Of a DNA stretch of 64,000 nucleotides, positions 50,698 to 59,933 are shown piece by piece (position 1 is the first letter of the stretch; each line of letters starts with the position of its first letter). Location: contig CBDCJO010000002.1 in assembly GCA_965217865.1 (NCBI GenBank), positions 4,704,001 through 4,768,000 of the forward strand, read 5' to 3'. Made by a program: the position numbers and the translations under genes. A model generated the notes under the pieces. The model saw only the letters and a program-made list of their open reading frames with translations, was not told the DNA's origin and did no database searches. The stretch comes from Candidatus Latescibacterota bacterium (GTDB taxonomy: Bacteria; Latescibacterota; UBA2968; SICM01).

Positions 50698-51996
50698 ATG
50701 CCCCATCGTAAAGCCGTTAGAAGGCTTCAGCTCTGCGTCATGTCCATCCTTGCCGGGTTTTCCTTTTCAGAAGCTGCTGGACAGGATCTTGTCGTGATCG
50801 CCACGACAGACTTCTCCGTATTCGGCAGCCTGGCGGCTTTCGAACCGGAGGCAGACACCGCGTCGGTGAACCTGGTCAATACCCACGGTGACAATGCGAT
50901 CCGGTCCTACCAGGGTTTGGTCTATGTTATCAACCAACTCGGAGGCGACAACATTATGGTCCTGGATCCCGAGGACCTGAGCGTGTCGATCCGGCAGTTC
51001 TCGGTTGGGGAAGGATCTAATCCACGCGATATCGCATTCATCAGCGAGACGAAGGCCTACGTGCCCCGGTATGCAAAGCCGAGTCTGCTCGTCGTGAACC
51101 CGGCAACCGGGGATTCCTTGAAGGCGATCGATCTCTCTCCTTTCGCGGATGAAGACGGAATCCCGGAGATGAACGCCGCGCTGGCCGTCGACGGCAGGGT
51201 CTATGTCACGTGTCAGCGTCTCGACCGGAACGCTTTTTTTGCCCCAACGGACCGGAGCGTCGTGGCGGTCATCGATGCGGAGGCGGATTCGTTGATGGAC
51301 CTTGACCCGGAGGAGGCTGGGGTTCAGGGGATCGACCTGACGCTCAAGAATCCGGACACCGCAGTCCTGAGGAACGGAAAGATCTACATCAGCTGCGTGG
51401 GGGCGTTTCTTGATTTTACGGACGGGGGGATCGAGATCGTTGACACCGCGGAGAACCGATCCCTCGGCCCGGGCATCAACGAGGCGGAACTGGGCGGGGA
51501 AGTCGGGGCCATCGCCATGTCCTCCGACACCAGGGGCTATGTGGTACTGGGCGACTCGTCCTTCTCAAATTCGATCAAAGCATTCGACCTGTCGGACAGG
51601 ACCGCATCCGAACCCCTCGATGGCCACTCCGGCGGGTTTACCCCGGACATCCAGATTGCAGGGGGGAAACTCTACGTGGCCGATCGGGGGAGCTTTACGG
51701 ACCCGGAATCCGCAGGGATCCTGATCTACGACAGCGAGACCGGAGAGAGGCTCAAGGGGCCGATCAACACGGGTCTTCCCCCTCACGGGATTGCATTTGT
51801 GGGTCCGGGAAGTCTGGCTTCTGACTTCGACGCAGACGGGGATGTGGACCTGGATGATTTTTTTGCCTTCGCCGCTGTGTTCGGAACCAAGACGGGCGAA
51901 GCGGGATTTGAGGACAGGTTCGATCTTGTCCCAAGCGGCGAAATCGATTTCGATGATTTCTTCTTCTTTGCGGGTGACTTCGGGAAGAAAGGATGA
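50698..51996 (+). CDS. BtuG/YncE-like beta-propeller with C-terminal dockerin/EF-hand-like duplicated motif
   Basis: Signal peptide; propeller blades NPRDIAF..KAYV, GRVYV, GKIYI, GKLYV; tail DFDADGDVDLDDFFAFAAVFG...FDLVPSGEIDFDDFFFFAGDFG. Confidence 0.72.
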   Translation: MPHRKAVRRLQLCVMSILAGFSFSEAAGQDLVVIATTDFSVFGSLAAFEPEADTASVNLVNTHGDNAIRSYQGLVYVINQLGGDNIMVLDPEDLSVSIRQFSVGEGSNPRDIAFISETKAYVPRYAKPSLLVVNPATGDSLKAIDLSPFADEDGIPEMNAALAVDGRVYVTCQRLDRNAFFAPTDRSVVAVIDAEADSLMDLDPEEAGVQGIDLTLKNPDTAVLRNGKIYISCVGAFLDFTDGGIEIVDTAENRSLGPGINEAELGGEVGAIAMSSDTRGYVVLGDSSFSNSIKAFDLSDRTASEPLDGHSGGFTPDIQIAGGKLYVADRGSFTDPESAGILIYDSETGERLKGPINTGLPPHGIAFVGPGSLASDFDADGDVDLDDFFAFAAVFGTKTGEAGFEDRFDLVPSGEIDFDDFFFFAGDFGKKG

Positions 51997-52082
51997 TCAA
52001 TTTCGGATTAGGGATTTTTGATATAGGGAATGAAAAGCCTAAAGGACCATCAAATCCTGAATCCGCAAGCTAGGAGTTCCAA

Positions 52083-52646
52083 ATGCCACGTATCACAAAG
52101 GTTTACACGCGAAAAGGAGACGACGGCTCGACCAAGCTGGGAGGCGGTCAGGAAGTGCAGAAGGACGCCCTTCGAATCGAGGCCTTCGGGACCGTGGATG
52201 AGCTGAACTCCCATATCGGAGCGGCCGTGGCTGCGGGCCTCCAAGAAACCCTGGTGAAGACGCTATCCACGATCCGGAACGATCTTTTCCATCTCGGATC
52301 GGATCTCTGTATTCTGGAGAAGGACAAGGTTCGCATCCCGGTACCTACGATAGAACAACGCCACGTGGATACGATCGAGGAAACGATCGATCGGCTTTCC
52401 GATTCACTCGAACCACTGGAAAACTTCATCCTTCCCGGTGGCTCACCCGGGGCTGCACAGCTTCACATCGCGAGAACGGTGTGCCGCCGAGCGGAGCGGC
52501 TCGTCGTGGCTCTCGCCAGGAAAGAGGCTCTCGGGGCATACACGGTGAAATATCTGAATCGCCTGTCGGACCTTTTGTTCGTGATGGCCCGGTACGAGAA
52601 CCGGAAGTTAAATATTCCGGACGTCACCTGGGACAGCAGGGCTTAA
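52083..52646 (+). CDS. pduO: PduO-type ATP:cob(I)alamin adenosyltransferase
   Basis: [45 protein letters not shown]. Confidence 0.93.
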   Translation: MPRITKVYTRKGDDGSTKLGGGQEVQKDALRIEAFGTVDELNSHIGAAVAAGLQETLVKTLSTIRNDLFHLGSDLCILEKDKVRIPVPTIEQRHVDTIEETIDRLSDSLEPLENFILPGGSPGAAQLHIARTVCRRAERLVVALARKEALGAYTVKYLNRLSDLLFVMARYENRKLNIPDVTWDSRA

Positions 52647-52673
52647 GGGCACTTCTCAAAACGGAGAGGCTTC

Positions 52674-53363
52674 ATGCCGGATCGTCCCAAGGCGCTTCTC
52701 GCGTGGAGCAGCGGAAAGGACAGTGCTTGGACCCTGCAGGTTCTGGGGCAAAGCGATGAGGTGGAGGTTGTGGGGCTAATGACAACGATGAACCAAGTCT
52801 ACGATCGAATCGCGATGCACGCGGTTCGGTCCGAGCTGCTCAGGGAACAGGCGAATGCCACCGGGCTTCCCCTCCGAGAGGTTCCGATCCCGAGCCCTTG
52901 CAGCAACGAGGCCTACGAATCTGCCATGTCGGAAGCAATCAAGGGGGCGAAATCAGACGGCATCAGCCTTATGGCATTTGGGGACCTCTTCCTTGAGGAT
53001 GTCCGCCGCTACCGAGAGGAGCGTCTCGAGGGCACAGGAGTTTCACCCATATTTCCGATCTGGGGGATGTCCACGCCTTCCCTGGCCAGAGAGATGGTAT
53101 CGTCGGGAGTGCAGGCCTACCTGACGTGCGTCGATCCTCGTCAGCTGTCAGACTCTTTCGCAGGTCGTGCATTCGATGCAACCTTTCTTGCCGATCTGCC
53201 TGTTTCGGTCGATCCCTGCGGCGAACGGGGGGAGTTCCACACGTTTGTCTGGGACGGGCCGATGTTCCAGCATCCCGTTCCCGTGAATAGAGGGAAAATC
53301 GTTGAGCGGGAAGGTTTTGTTTTCGCGGATCTCATATTGGAGAGAGGCTCAGACGGAATCTGA
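52674..53363 (+). CDS. DUF71/COG2102 (diphthine-ammonia-ligase-like) PP-loop ATPase
   Basis: WSSGKDS PP-loop, FGDLFL, DPCGERGEFHTFV.DGP.F. Confidence 0.88.
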   Translation: MPDRPKALLAWSSGKDSAWTLQVLGQSDEVEVVGLMTTMNQVYDRIAMHAVRSELLREQANATGLPLREVPIPSPCSNEAYESAMSEAIKGAKSDGISLMAFGDLFLEDVRRYREERLEGTGVSPIFPIWGMSTPSLAREMVSSGVQAYLTCVDPRQLSDSFAGRAFDATFLADLPVSVDPCGERGEFHTFVWDGPMFQHPVPVNRGKIVEREGFVFADLILERGSDGI

Positions 53364-53371
53364 GGAGGCAG

Positions 53372-53911
53372 ATGGCCAGGATTGTCGTTGTAACAGGGGG
53401 GTGCCGAAGCGGCAAAAGCGTATATGCCCAGAAGATGGCGGAAGCCCTCCCCGGTCGTCGGGCATTCATAGCGACATGTCCTCCCATCGACGAAGAGATG
53501 AAGGCCCGAATCCAAAAACATCAAGAGGCCAGATTCCGGTTGGGGTGGGAGACGATTGAGGAGCCGATTGACCTGCCCTGCGTGCTGAGGAATTCACACG
53601 GATATGAGGTCCTTCTTATCGATTGTTTGACTCTCTGGATCAACAACCTGATGTATCGTGCGGGTCAAGAGGGATGTCTGGTAGAGGAGCACACGATTGA
53701 ACGGCGGTGTCAGGATCTCTTAACGGTTTGTTCGAAGCGGATGGGAACGATCATTTTCGTGACCAACGAGGTGGGGATGGGCATCGTCCCCGAAGACCCT
53801 GTCACACGACGTTATCGCGATCTGGTCGGGCGGTGCAACCGGGTTATCGCGGAAGGTTCGGATACGGTTTTTTTGATGGTATGCGGAATTCCAACAAAGC
53901 TGAAAGGATAA
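53372..53911 (+). CDS. cobU: Adenosylcobinamide kinase/guanylyltransferase
   Basis: GGCRSGKS, RIQKHQ, IDCLTLW, TNEVGMG, DLVGRCN. Confidence 0.95.
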   Translation: MARIVVVTGGCRSGKSVYAQKMAEALPGRRAFIATCPPIDEEMKARIQKHQEARFRLGWETIEEPIDLPCVLRNSHGYEVLLIDCLTLWINNLMYRAGQEGCLVEEHTIERRCQDLLTVCSKRMGTIIFVTNEVGMGIVPEDPVTRRYRDLVGRCNRVIAEGSDTVFLMVCGIPTKLKG

Positions 53912-54055
53912 AAATCTCGTGAATAGTCGTCCGTGATTCGAAAATCCCTCCTTGAATTATCTTTCCTTTTCGCCCTAACTGTCATACTCATTTCATCTTT
54001 TCCAATCCTCGATCCACGATAAACGGATTAACAGATCCCCATCCAAGATGATTTA

Positions 54056-55120
54056 ATGAATCTTTTCGAATCAACGATCAAAAAGATCCGCCCTCAAGAT
54101 GCGTCAAGCCGTCAACGGGCAAGGACCCGGCTGGACCAACTCACGATGCCCCACTGGGCGCTCGGCCGCCTGATGGATCTGGCTGAGGATCTGGCCGGGA
54201 TGACACGCTCTGTGCAGCCGCAGGTCGATCGCAGGACGATTGTGACGATGGCGGCGGATCACGGTGTGGTTGCGGAGGGAGTCAGTCGTTACCCGCAGGA
54301 GGTTACTGCGCAGATGGTTCACAACTTTATCGATGGAGGGGCGGGAATCAATGCCCTTGCCCGAGTCCCGGGTGCAGACCTGAGGGTCGTGGACATGGGG
54401 GTCTCCGGGGATCTCAGCGCGATTCCCCGGGGAGATCGATTTATCTCAAGAAGAATCGGACCCGGAACGGATAACATCGCTCGCGGTCCAGCGATGAGCC
54501 GTGAGGAAGCGATCCGTTCGGTCGAGGCTGGGATCGAGATCGCTGCGGAGCTCGAGGATTCGACGGACCTGTTCGGCACCGGCGACATGGGCATCGGGAA
54601 CACCACGCCCAGTTCCGCTATCGCGGCGGTTCTCACGGGGCGTCCGGTCCCTGAGGTAACCGGGCGAGGCACCGGGATCGACGACGCGGGTTTGAAAAGG
54701 AAGGTCGACGTGGTCCGACGGGCCATTCATATCAATCGGCCGGACCCATCCGACGGGGTGGATGTCCTTTCCCGGGTCGGGGGGTTCGAGATCGGCGGGA
54801 TCGTTGGCCTGATACTGGGGGCGGCCTCTTTGAGGAGACCCGTACTGGTGGACGGCTTCATTTCCACCGCAGGCGCTTTGATTGCGTACACCCTTGCCCC
54901 GGCAGCCAGGGATTATATGATTGCCTCACACTGCAGCGCAGAGATGGGCCACCGCGCCGTGCTGGACCATCTCGGCAAACTGCCCCTCCTCGACCTGGAT
55001 CTTCGTCTGGGTGAAGGTACCGGTGCGGCGCTGGCGATGCCGCTGGTCGAATCGGCCGCCAGACTTCTCAAAGAGGTGAAGACGTTCGAGGAAGCCTCTG
55101 TCTCGACGGAGGCGGGGTGA
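54056..55120 (+). CDS. cobT: Nicotinate-nucleotide-dimethylbenzimidazole phosphoribosyltransferase
   Basis: AADHGV, GDMGIGNTT, GGFEI, DGFI, LRLGEGTGA. Confidence 0.95.
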   Translation: MNLFESTIKKIRPQDASSRQRARTRLDQLTMPHWALGRLMDLAEDLAGMTRSVQPQVDRRTIVTMAADHGVVAEGVSRYPQEVTAQMVHNFIDGGAGINALARVPGADLRVVDMGVSGDLSAIPRGDRFISRRIGPGTDNIARGPAMSREEAIRSVEAGIEIAAELEDSTDLFGTGDMGIGNTTPSSAIAAVLTGRPVPEVTGRGTGIDDAGLKRKVDVVRRAIHINRPDPSDGVDVLSRVGGFEIGGIVGLILGAASLRRPVLVDGFISTAGALIAYTLAPAARDYMIASHCSAEMGHRAVLDHLGKLPLLDLDLRLGEGTGAALAMPLVESAARLLKEVKTFEEASVSTEAG

Positions 55121-55863
55121 GTCGATTCTTTACGGCGCTGAAGTTTCTGACGATCTTCCCGGTACCCGCCCGGTGGGCTGGGGGGGAGGAGGACATGAGC
55201 CGGTGTCTCCCGTTTTTTCCTTTGGTCGGTATCCTGATCGGCGGCCTCGCAGCGGGTTGGACTTGGGGCCTGGATTATCTTCTACCCCCGTGGCCGACTA
55301 GCGTCCTTGCGGCGGTGGCCCTCGTGGGCATCTCCAGGGCACTGCATATGGACGGCCTATCGGACACGGCGGACGGTTTCCTGAGCTCCCGGCCCCGGGA
55401 TCGTATCCTGGAGATCATGAGAGACAGCCATGTCGGCCTGATGGGGGTTGTCGCGATTGTGTGCATCTTGTGTCTGAAAATCGGAGCGCTGGCGTCGCTT
55501 TCCCAGGAGATACGCTGGCAGGCGGTCCTGCTGGCCCCTGTGGCAGGGCGCTGCGCCTTGGTCATTACCGTGTCCGTTCTCCCGTATGCGAGGTCGGAGG
55601 GTGGGCTCGGCACTCTGTTCTACAGAGGCAAATCGCGACTGGGCGGGGTCTTGGCCTTCCTGTTTCTGGGGCTGGCGGGATGGATGATTTCCGGTTATCC
55701 GGGATTGATCTCTGCCGCGGTTTCCGGAGCCGTCACCCTCCTTTTCGCGGTTTACACTTTCCGAAAGATTCGAGGTGCGACGGGGGACACTCTGGGGGCG
55801 GCGTGTGAAATCGTGGAGCTCGTCCCACCTCTGACGATGACAGTGTTCCCGGCGACAGCGTGA
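55117..55863 (+). CDS. cobS: Cobalamin synthase
   Basis: FLTIFP, LHMDGLSDTADG, IMRDSHVG, GATGDTLGA. Confidence 0.95.
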   Translation: MSRFFTALKFLTIFPVPARWAGGEEDMSRCLPFFPLVGILIGGLAAGWTWGLDYLLPPWPTSVLAAVALVGISRALHMDGLSDTADGFLSSRPRDRILEIMRDSHVGLMGVVAIVCILCLKIGALASLSQEIRWQAVLLAPVAGRCALVITVSVLPYARSEGGLGTLFYRGKSRLGGVLAFLFLGLAGWMISGYPGLISAAVSGAVTLLFAVYTFRKIRGATGDTLGAACEIVELVPPLTMTVFPATA

Positions 55864-55924
55864 GGGGCTTACTGAGGAGATTGGTAAATCACCTTGACGA
55901 TCCCTTTCTTTTTTTGTTTCTTCA

Positions 55925-55945
55925 AAATGCAATATAATTGCATTT
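55925..55945. promoter_or_regulatory. Fur-family operator (perfect 9-3-9 palindrome) overlapping a TATAAT
   Basis: AAATGCAAT-ATA-ATTGCATTT, 12 bp upstream of the Fur-family start codon. Confidence 0.75.
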
Positions 55946-55957
55946 GAGGGAATCGAC

Positions 55958-56383
55958 GTGGATTATGTTGAATACGCCTGCAACAAGCTGAGGGCAAACG
56001 GTTACCGGATCACATCTCCGAGGACCCGGATATTATCCCTTCTAGAGGCCGAGGACCGAGCCCTTTCCCCGTATGACATCCGTTATCGACTGCTTAAGAA
56101 ACGGTTCAGGCTTGATGTGGTGACGGTTTACAGGGTGCTGGAGGTGCTGGAACGCCTGGGACTCGCCCATCGAATCTACAGCACGGGGGGATACGTGCGA
56201 TGTCGCCGGAGGGACCTTCGACATCACCACCATCACCTCGTTTGTACAGGATGCGGGAATATTTTAGAGATCACGGGGGATCAGGTAGACGAGGTGGTCA
56301 ACAGGGTAGAGGGGGAAAGCGGATACCGGGTGGCCGGGCACATCCTTGAGTTGATCGGACTTTGCAGGTCCTGTCAGGTTTAA
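55958..56383 (+). CDS. Fur-family metalloregulator (Zur-like)
   Basis: RITSPR, TVYRVL, HHHHHLVCTGCG, GLCRSC. Confidence 0.9.
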   Translation: MDYVEYACNKLRANGYRITSPRTRILSLLEAEDRALSPYDIRYRLLKKRFRLDVVTVYRVLEVLERLGLAHRIYSTGGYVRCRRRDLRHHHHHLVCTGCGNILEITGDQVDEVVNRVEGESGYRVAGHILELIGLCRSCQV

Positions 56384-56398
56384 CTTTGGGGCAATGGA

Positions 56399-57145
56399 AT
56401 GACAAAAATGGCTTTCCTAGCGATCCTCTTTGGCATTCTGAGCCTGGGTGTCAATGTTTTTGGTGGGTTCGTAGCCGTCCGGGCCTCAAGGTCACAAACG
56501 GGGATAGCCTATACGGTCGCCGCCGGAGCCGGTTTCATGCTAGCGATAGCCTTGTTGGAGATGCTTCCTGAAGGTCTTGCGCGGACCCCTCTTGCACCGC
56601 TCTTCGCGCTGATCGGTTACGGTCTGATTCACGTTTGCGAACACGTTTTCACGCCCCATTTCCATTTCGGCGAGGAGGTCCATCCCGAGGCGATGATCGG
56701 AACGACCGCTTCCATGGCCGCACTTTTCGGGCTGATCGCCCATTCATTCATCGACGGGCTGTCGATTGCCGGCGGGGTGGCCGCGGGTTCTTTCCTGGGC
56801 ATCCTGATCTTCCTGGGCGTGGCGGTACACAGCATTCCCGCAGGATTTACGATGGGTTCGATCATGCTTGCGGCAGGACGTTCGGGGCGCACTGCCATTC
56901 TGTCGTCTCTTTTGATCGGTGCAGCAACTCTGGTGGGGACGTGCAGCGTCTTTGTGATCGGGGAGGGTACCCCTGCTATCGTCGGGGTGGTGCTGTCCCT
57001 CTCTGCGGGGTCATTCATATATATCGCTGCAACGGACCTCATCCCTATCGTTAACGCGCTTGAGCGGCGACACACGACTTGGGCGATCTTAGGCGGAGTT
57101 GTGCTTTTCTATGGTGCAAACAGACTGGTGGACGCCGTCCAGTGA
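56399..57145 (+). CDS. ZIP-family divalent metal transporter
   Basis: HFHFGEEVH loop, HSFIDG, VHSIPAG, GSFIYIAATDLIP. Confidence 0.88.
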   Translation: MTKMAFLAILFGILSLGVNVFGGFVAVRASRSQTGIAYTVAAGAGFMLAIALLEMLPEGLARTPLAPLFALIGYGLIHVCEHVFTPHFHFGEEVHPEAMIGTTASMAALFGLIAHSFIDGLSIAGGVAAGSFLGILIFLGVAVHSIPAGFTMGSIMLAAGRSGRTAILSSLLIGAATLVGTCSVFVIGEGTPAIVGVVLSLSAGSFIYIAATDLIPIVNALERRHTTWAILGGVVLFYGANRLVDAVQ

Positions 57146-57290
57146 AGGATGAGTATGAAGGATGCAGGGAGAAAAAGAGACCGATGGTCCAGTTTTCATG
57201 TTCCAAGTCTAATCACGCAGGGAATGGGATCTAATGAGACATCCTAACGGTTCCATCTTCATTCAGGATCCAGATTGAAGGAGGATCGGC

Positions 57291-58001
57291 ATGAGTAATA
57301 AAGCGAATGTGCAGGACCTTCTCGGACTTGCCCGGGCGCCGACAGCCGTGGGTTTTTTTGACTGCCCACCTGAGGGGGTACCGCAGTGGGAGGGGGGTGA
57401 GGTTCCGGCAGGTTGTGTGTTTTGGAGGAAAGCGATGGAGGGAATGACATTCTATACGGTCCAGTCCGACCACTACAACTGTGCGGTGGGTTGCCACACC
57501 CATCACATCGACCTGCCTTCCGATCGGGCAGAAGAGCTGGAGGATACGATCTCCTTTATGGTTCAGAAGAGATATATCACAGTGGAGGAGGTTCCAGACA
57601 TTCCGAGGTTGGAAATGTCCCCGAAGTTTATCGCCTATGGGCCGGTCGACGGCGTAAGCTTCGAACCGGATGTGGTCTTCATCGCTGCAAAGCCGGCTCA
57701 GGCGATGCTCATATATGAGGCCGCCCTGAAGGCCGGGGCAGGGGACGCCCTCACACACACCCTCGGACGTCCGGGATGCTCGGTCCTTCCGCTGACCATC
57801 CGGAAGAAGGCGGCAACCCTTTCATTCGGTTGTAAAGGGAACCGGGTCTTTACTGGAACGCCGGACGAGGAGATGTACATCTGCGTTCCAGGGGACCGCT
57901 GGAACGCGATGGCCGAAAAACTGGCGGATGCACATCAGGCCAATGCGGCCATGGAAAACTACTACAACACCCAGAAGGCTAAATTTGAAACCGATTCCTG
58001 A
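57291..58001 (+). CDS. DUF169-family Cys-rich protein
   Basis: GCVFW, NCAVG, PDVV, PGC, SFGCKGNR, DEEM. Confidence 0.75.
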   Translation: MSNKANVQDLLGLARAPTAVGFFDCPPEGVPQWEGGEVPAGCVFWRKAMEGMTFYTVQSDHYNCAVGCHTHHIDLPSDRAEELEDTISFMVQKRYITVEEVPDIPRLEMSPKFIAYGPVDGVSFEPDVVFIAAKPAQAMLIYEAALKAGAGDALTHTLGRPGCSVLPLTIRKKAATLSFGCKGNRVFTGTPDEEMYICVPGDRWNAMAEKLADAHQANAAMENYYNTQKAKFETDS

Positions 58002-58041
58002 TGGGGAATAGGCTCCATTTCATCGTGCAAGAGAACAGGCT

Positions 58042-59073
58042 ATGCAACAACCTCAAAAAACGCCCACGAACCTGATCACAGGCTTGCTGGGTGTCGGAAA
58101 GACGTCCGCCATCGTTGACCTTCTCAAAAGCAGGCCTCAAACAGGCCGCTGGGCGGTTCTGGTCAATGAATTCGGACAGGTTCCGATCGACCAGACGGCA
58201 TTCGAGCGGGCCGGAGAGGAAGGGCTACAGGTGCGCGAAGTGGCCGGGGGTTGTCTCTGCTGTTCGGGTGACGTTCCGTTGAAAGTCGCCGTCCTGGGGC
58301 TCCTCCGCCAGATTCAATCCGATCGGTTGTTGATAGAGCTCTCGGGTTTGGGTCACCCCGGACAAGTGATGGATGAATTGCGGAGCGAAAGGTTGCGGGA
58401 GCTGTTGGATATCCGAACGACGGTCTGTCTGGTCGACCCGAGGGATTTCGATGATCCCTATGTCGTCGACTCCCAGGTCTTTCAGGACCAAGTCCACATG
58501 GCCGATGTACTGGTCGCAAACAAGGAGGATCTGGCGGAAAACGAATCGATTGATCGATTCCTCGATTGGGCGAGAGGCCTGTTTCCGCCAAAGATTCATA
58601 TCGCCTCGACGCGAGGAGGTCGCCTTGACCCAACATGGCTGGATCTGGAGACCAGCCCATTGCGGGTGCCGATGTTTCCGGACGCCCACGTCCACCCGGA
58701 GGAACCCGCGGATGAGCATTTCCCTTCGTTGGAAAATAATGAGAACAGAAAACCCTCTCCCGCTCCAGGCCGACCCCATCGTGTGGAAAGCGAAGGGCTG
58801 GGCCATTATGCGTGCGGCTGGATCTTCTCTCCGGAGGACGTGTTCGACGACGACCGCCTGATGAGCCTTTTGGCTGCCGGCGATTCCATAGAGCGATTGA
58901 AGGGGGTATTCCGTATCGGAGGAGAATGGATTCTGGTCAACCGGGTTGGTAAGGAGATCGATTCTCAACCGGTCGCTTATCGGAGGGACAGCAGGTTGGA
59001 GGTTATATCAAAAGAACCCCCAGACACCTGGAGTTCCTTTGAAAAAACCCTGGTTGGAAGTATCAAGCATTAA
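58042..59073 (+). CDS. COG0523/CobW-family G3E metallochaperone GTPase
   Basis: TGLLGVGKTS, VNEFG, GGCLCC, IELSGLG, ANKED, C-terminal RLKGVF. Confidence 0.9.
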   Translation: MQQPQKTPTNLITGLLGVGKTSAIVDLLKSRPQTGRWAVLVNEFGQVPIDQTAFERAGEEGLQVREVAGGCLCCSGDVPLKVAVLGLLRQIQSDRLLIELSGLGHPGQVMDELRSERLRELLDIRTTVCLVDPRDFDDPYVVDSQVFQDQVHMADVLVANKEDLAENESIDRFLDWARGLFPPKIHIASTRGGRLDPTWLDLETSPLRVPMFPDAHVHPEEPADEHFPSLENNENRKPSPAPGRPHRVESEGLGHYACGWIFSPEDVFDDDRLMSLLAAGDSIERLKGVFRIGGEWILVNRVGKEIDSQPVAYRRDSRLEVISKEPPDTWSSFEKTLVGSIKH

Positions 59074-59126
59074 AATCGTGCATCGTCCGGGACATCCCTT
59101 TAGTAAGTCGAATCAATAAAATTCTT

Positions 59127-59912
59127 ATGGGCTCCTTGAGGATATTCCTGGCTATAACCCTGGCCGCCGTCGGCAGCGATTCGGTCTATTCCTGCTCAAA
59201 TTCGCCGGATACCGAACCTGTTTTCACTTACTCGGTCGTCAACACCTTTCCTCACGATCGGAGTTCATTCACGCAGGGTCTTGTCTACGACACGGGTTTC
59301 CTATATGAAGGGATTGGAATTGAGGGAAAATCGGCATTGCAGAGGGTTGATCTGGCCACGGGGGAAATCCTTCAGACCCGTCGGTTGGAGGACCGCTTCT
59401 TCGGAGAAGGCATCACCATTATGGGGGACAAGGTCATCCAGTTGACGTGGGTGTCCAAGGTGGGGTTTGTCTACGACAGGGAGAGCTTCGATCCGGTAGG
59501 TGAGTTCGAATATTCCACCCAGGGATGGGGGATTACGCACGATGGAAAGCAGCTGATCATGAGCGACGGAACAGCAACACTTTATTTCCTGGATCCGTTC
59601 ACTTTCGAGGGAATCGGGCAAATCGAGGTCCGCGGCAAGGATGGACCCGTCACCAGACTAAATGAGCTCGAATACGTACGCGGAGAGATCTTCGCAAATG
59701 TCTGGCAGACGGATCGGATTGCTCGAATTGCACCCCGGACCGGCCGAGTGGTGGGATGGGTCGATTTGGAAGGCCTTTTGAGTGAGGAGGACAGGAAAGA
59801 AACGGTCGATGTCCTGAACGGGATTGCCTATGATGCCGAAACAGATCGATTATTCGTGACGGGAAAATTGTGGCCGAAGCTCTTCGAAATTCAATTGGTG
59901 CCACCAGAATAA
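59127..59912 (+). CDS. Glutaminyl-peptide cyclotransferase (bacterial/plant beta-propeller type)
   Basis: PHDRSSFTQGL, FFGEGIT, QLTW, GWG, SDG, LNELE, VLNGIA, VTGKLWP. Confidence 0.92.
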   Translation: MGSLRIFLAITLAAVGSDSVYSCSNSPDTEPVFTYSVVNTFPHDRSSFTQGLVYDTGFLYEGIGIEGKSALQRVDLATGEILQTRRLEDRFFGEGITIMGDKVIQLTWVSKVGFVYDRESFDPVGEFEYSTQGWGITHDGKQLIMSDGTATLYFLDPFTFEGIGQIEVRGKDGPVTRLNELEYVRGEIFANVWQTDRIARIAPRTGRVVGWVDLEGLLSEEDRKETVDVLNGIAYDAETDRLFVTGKLWPKLFEIQLVPPE

Positions 59913-59933
59913 ACTTTGATCACCGGACACTCC

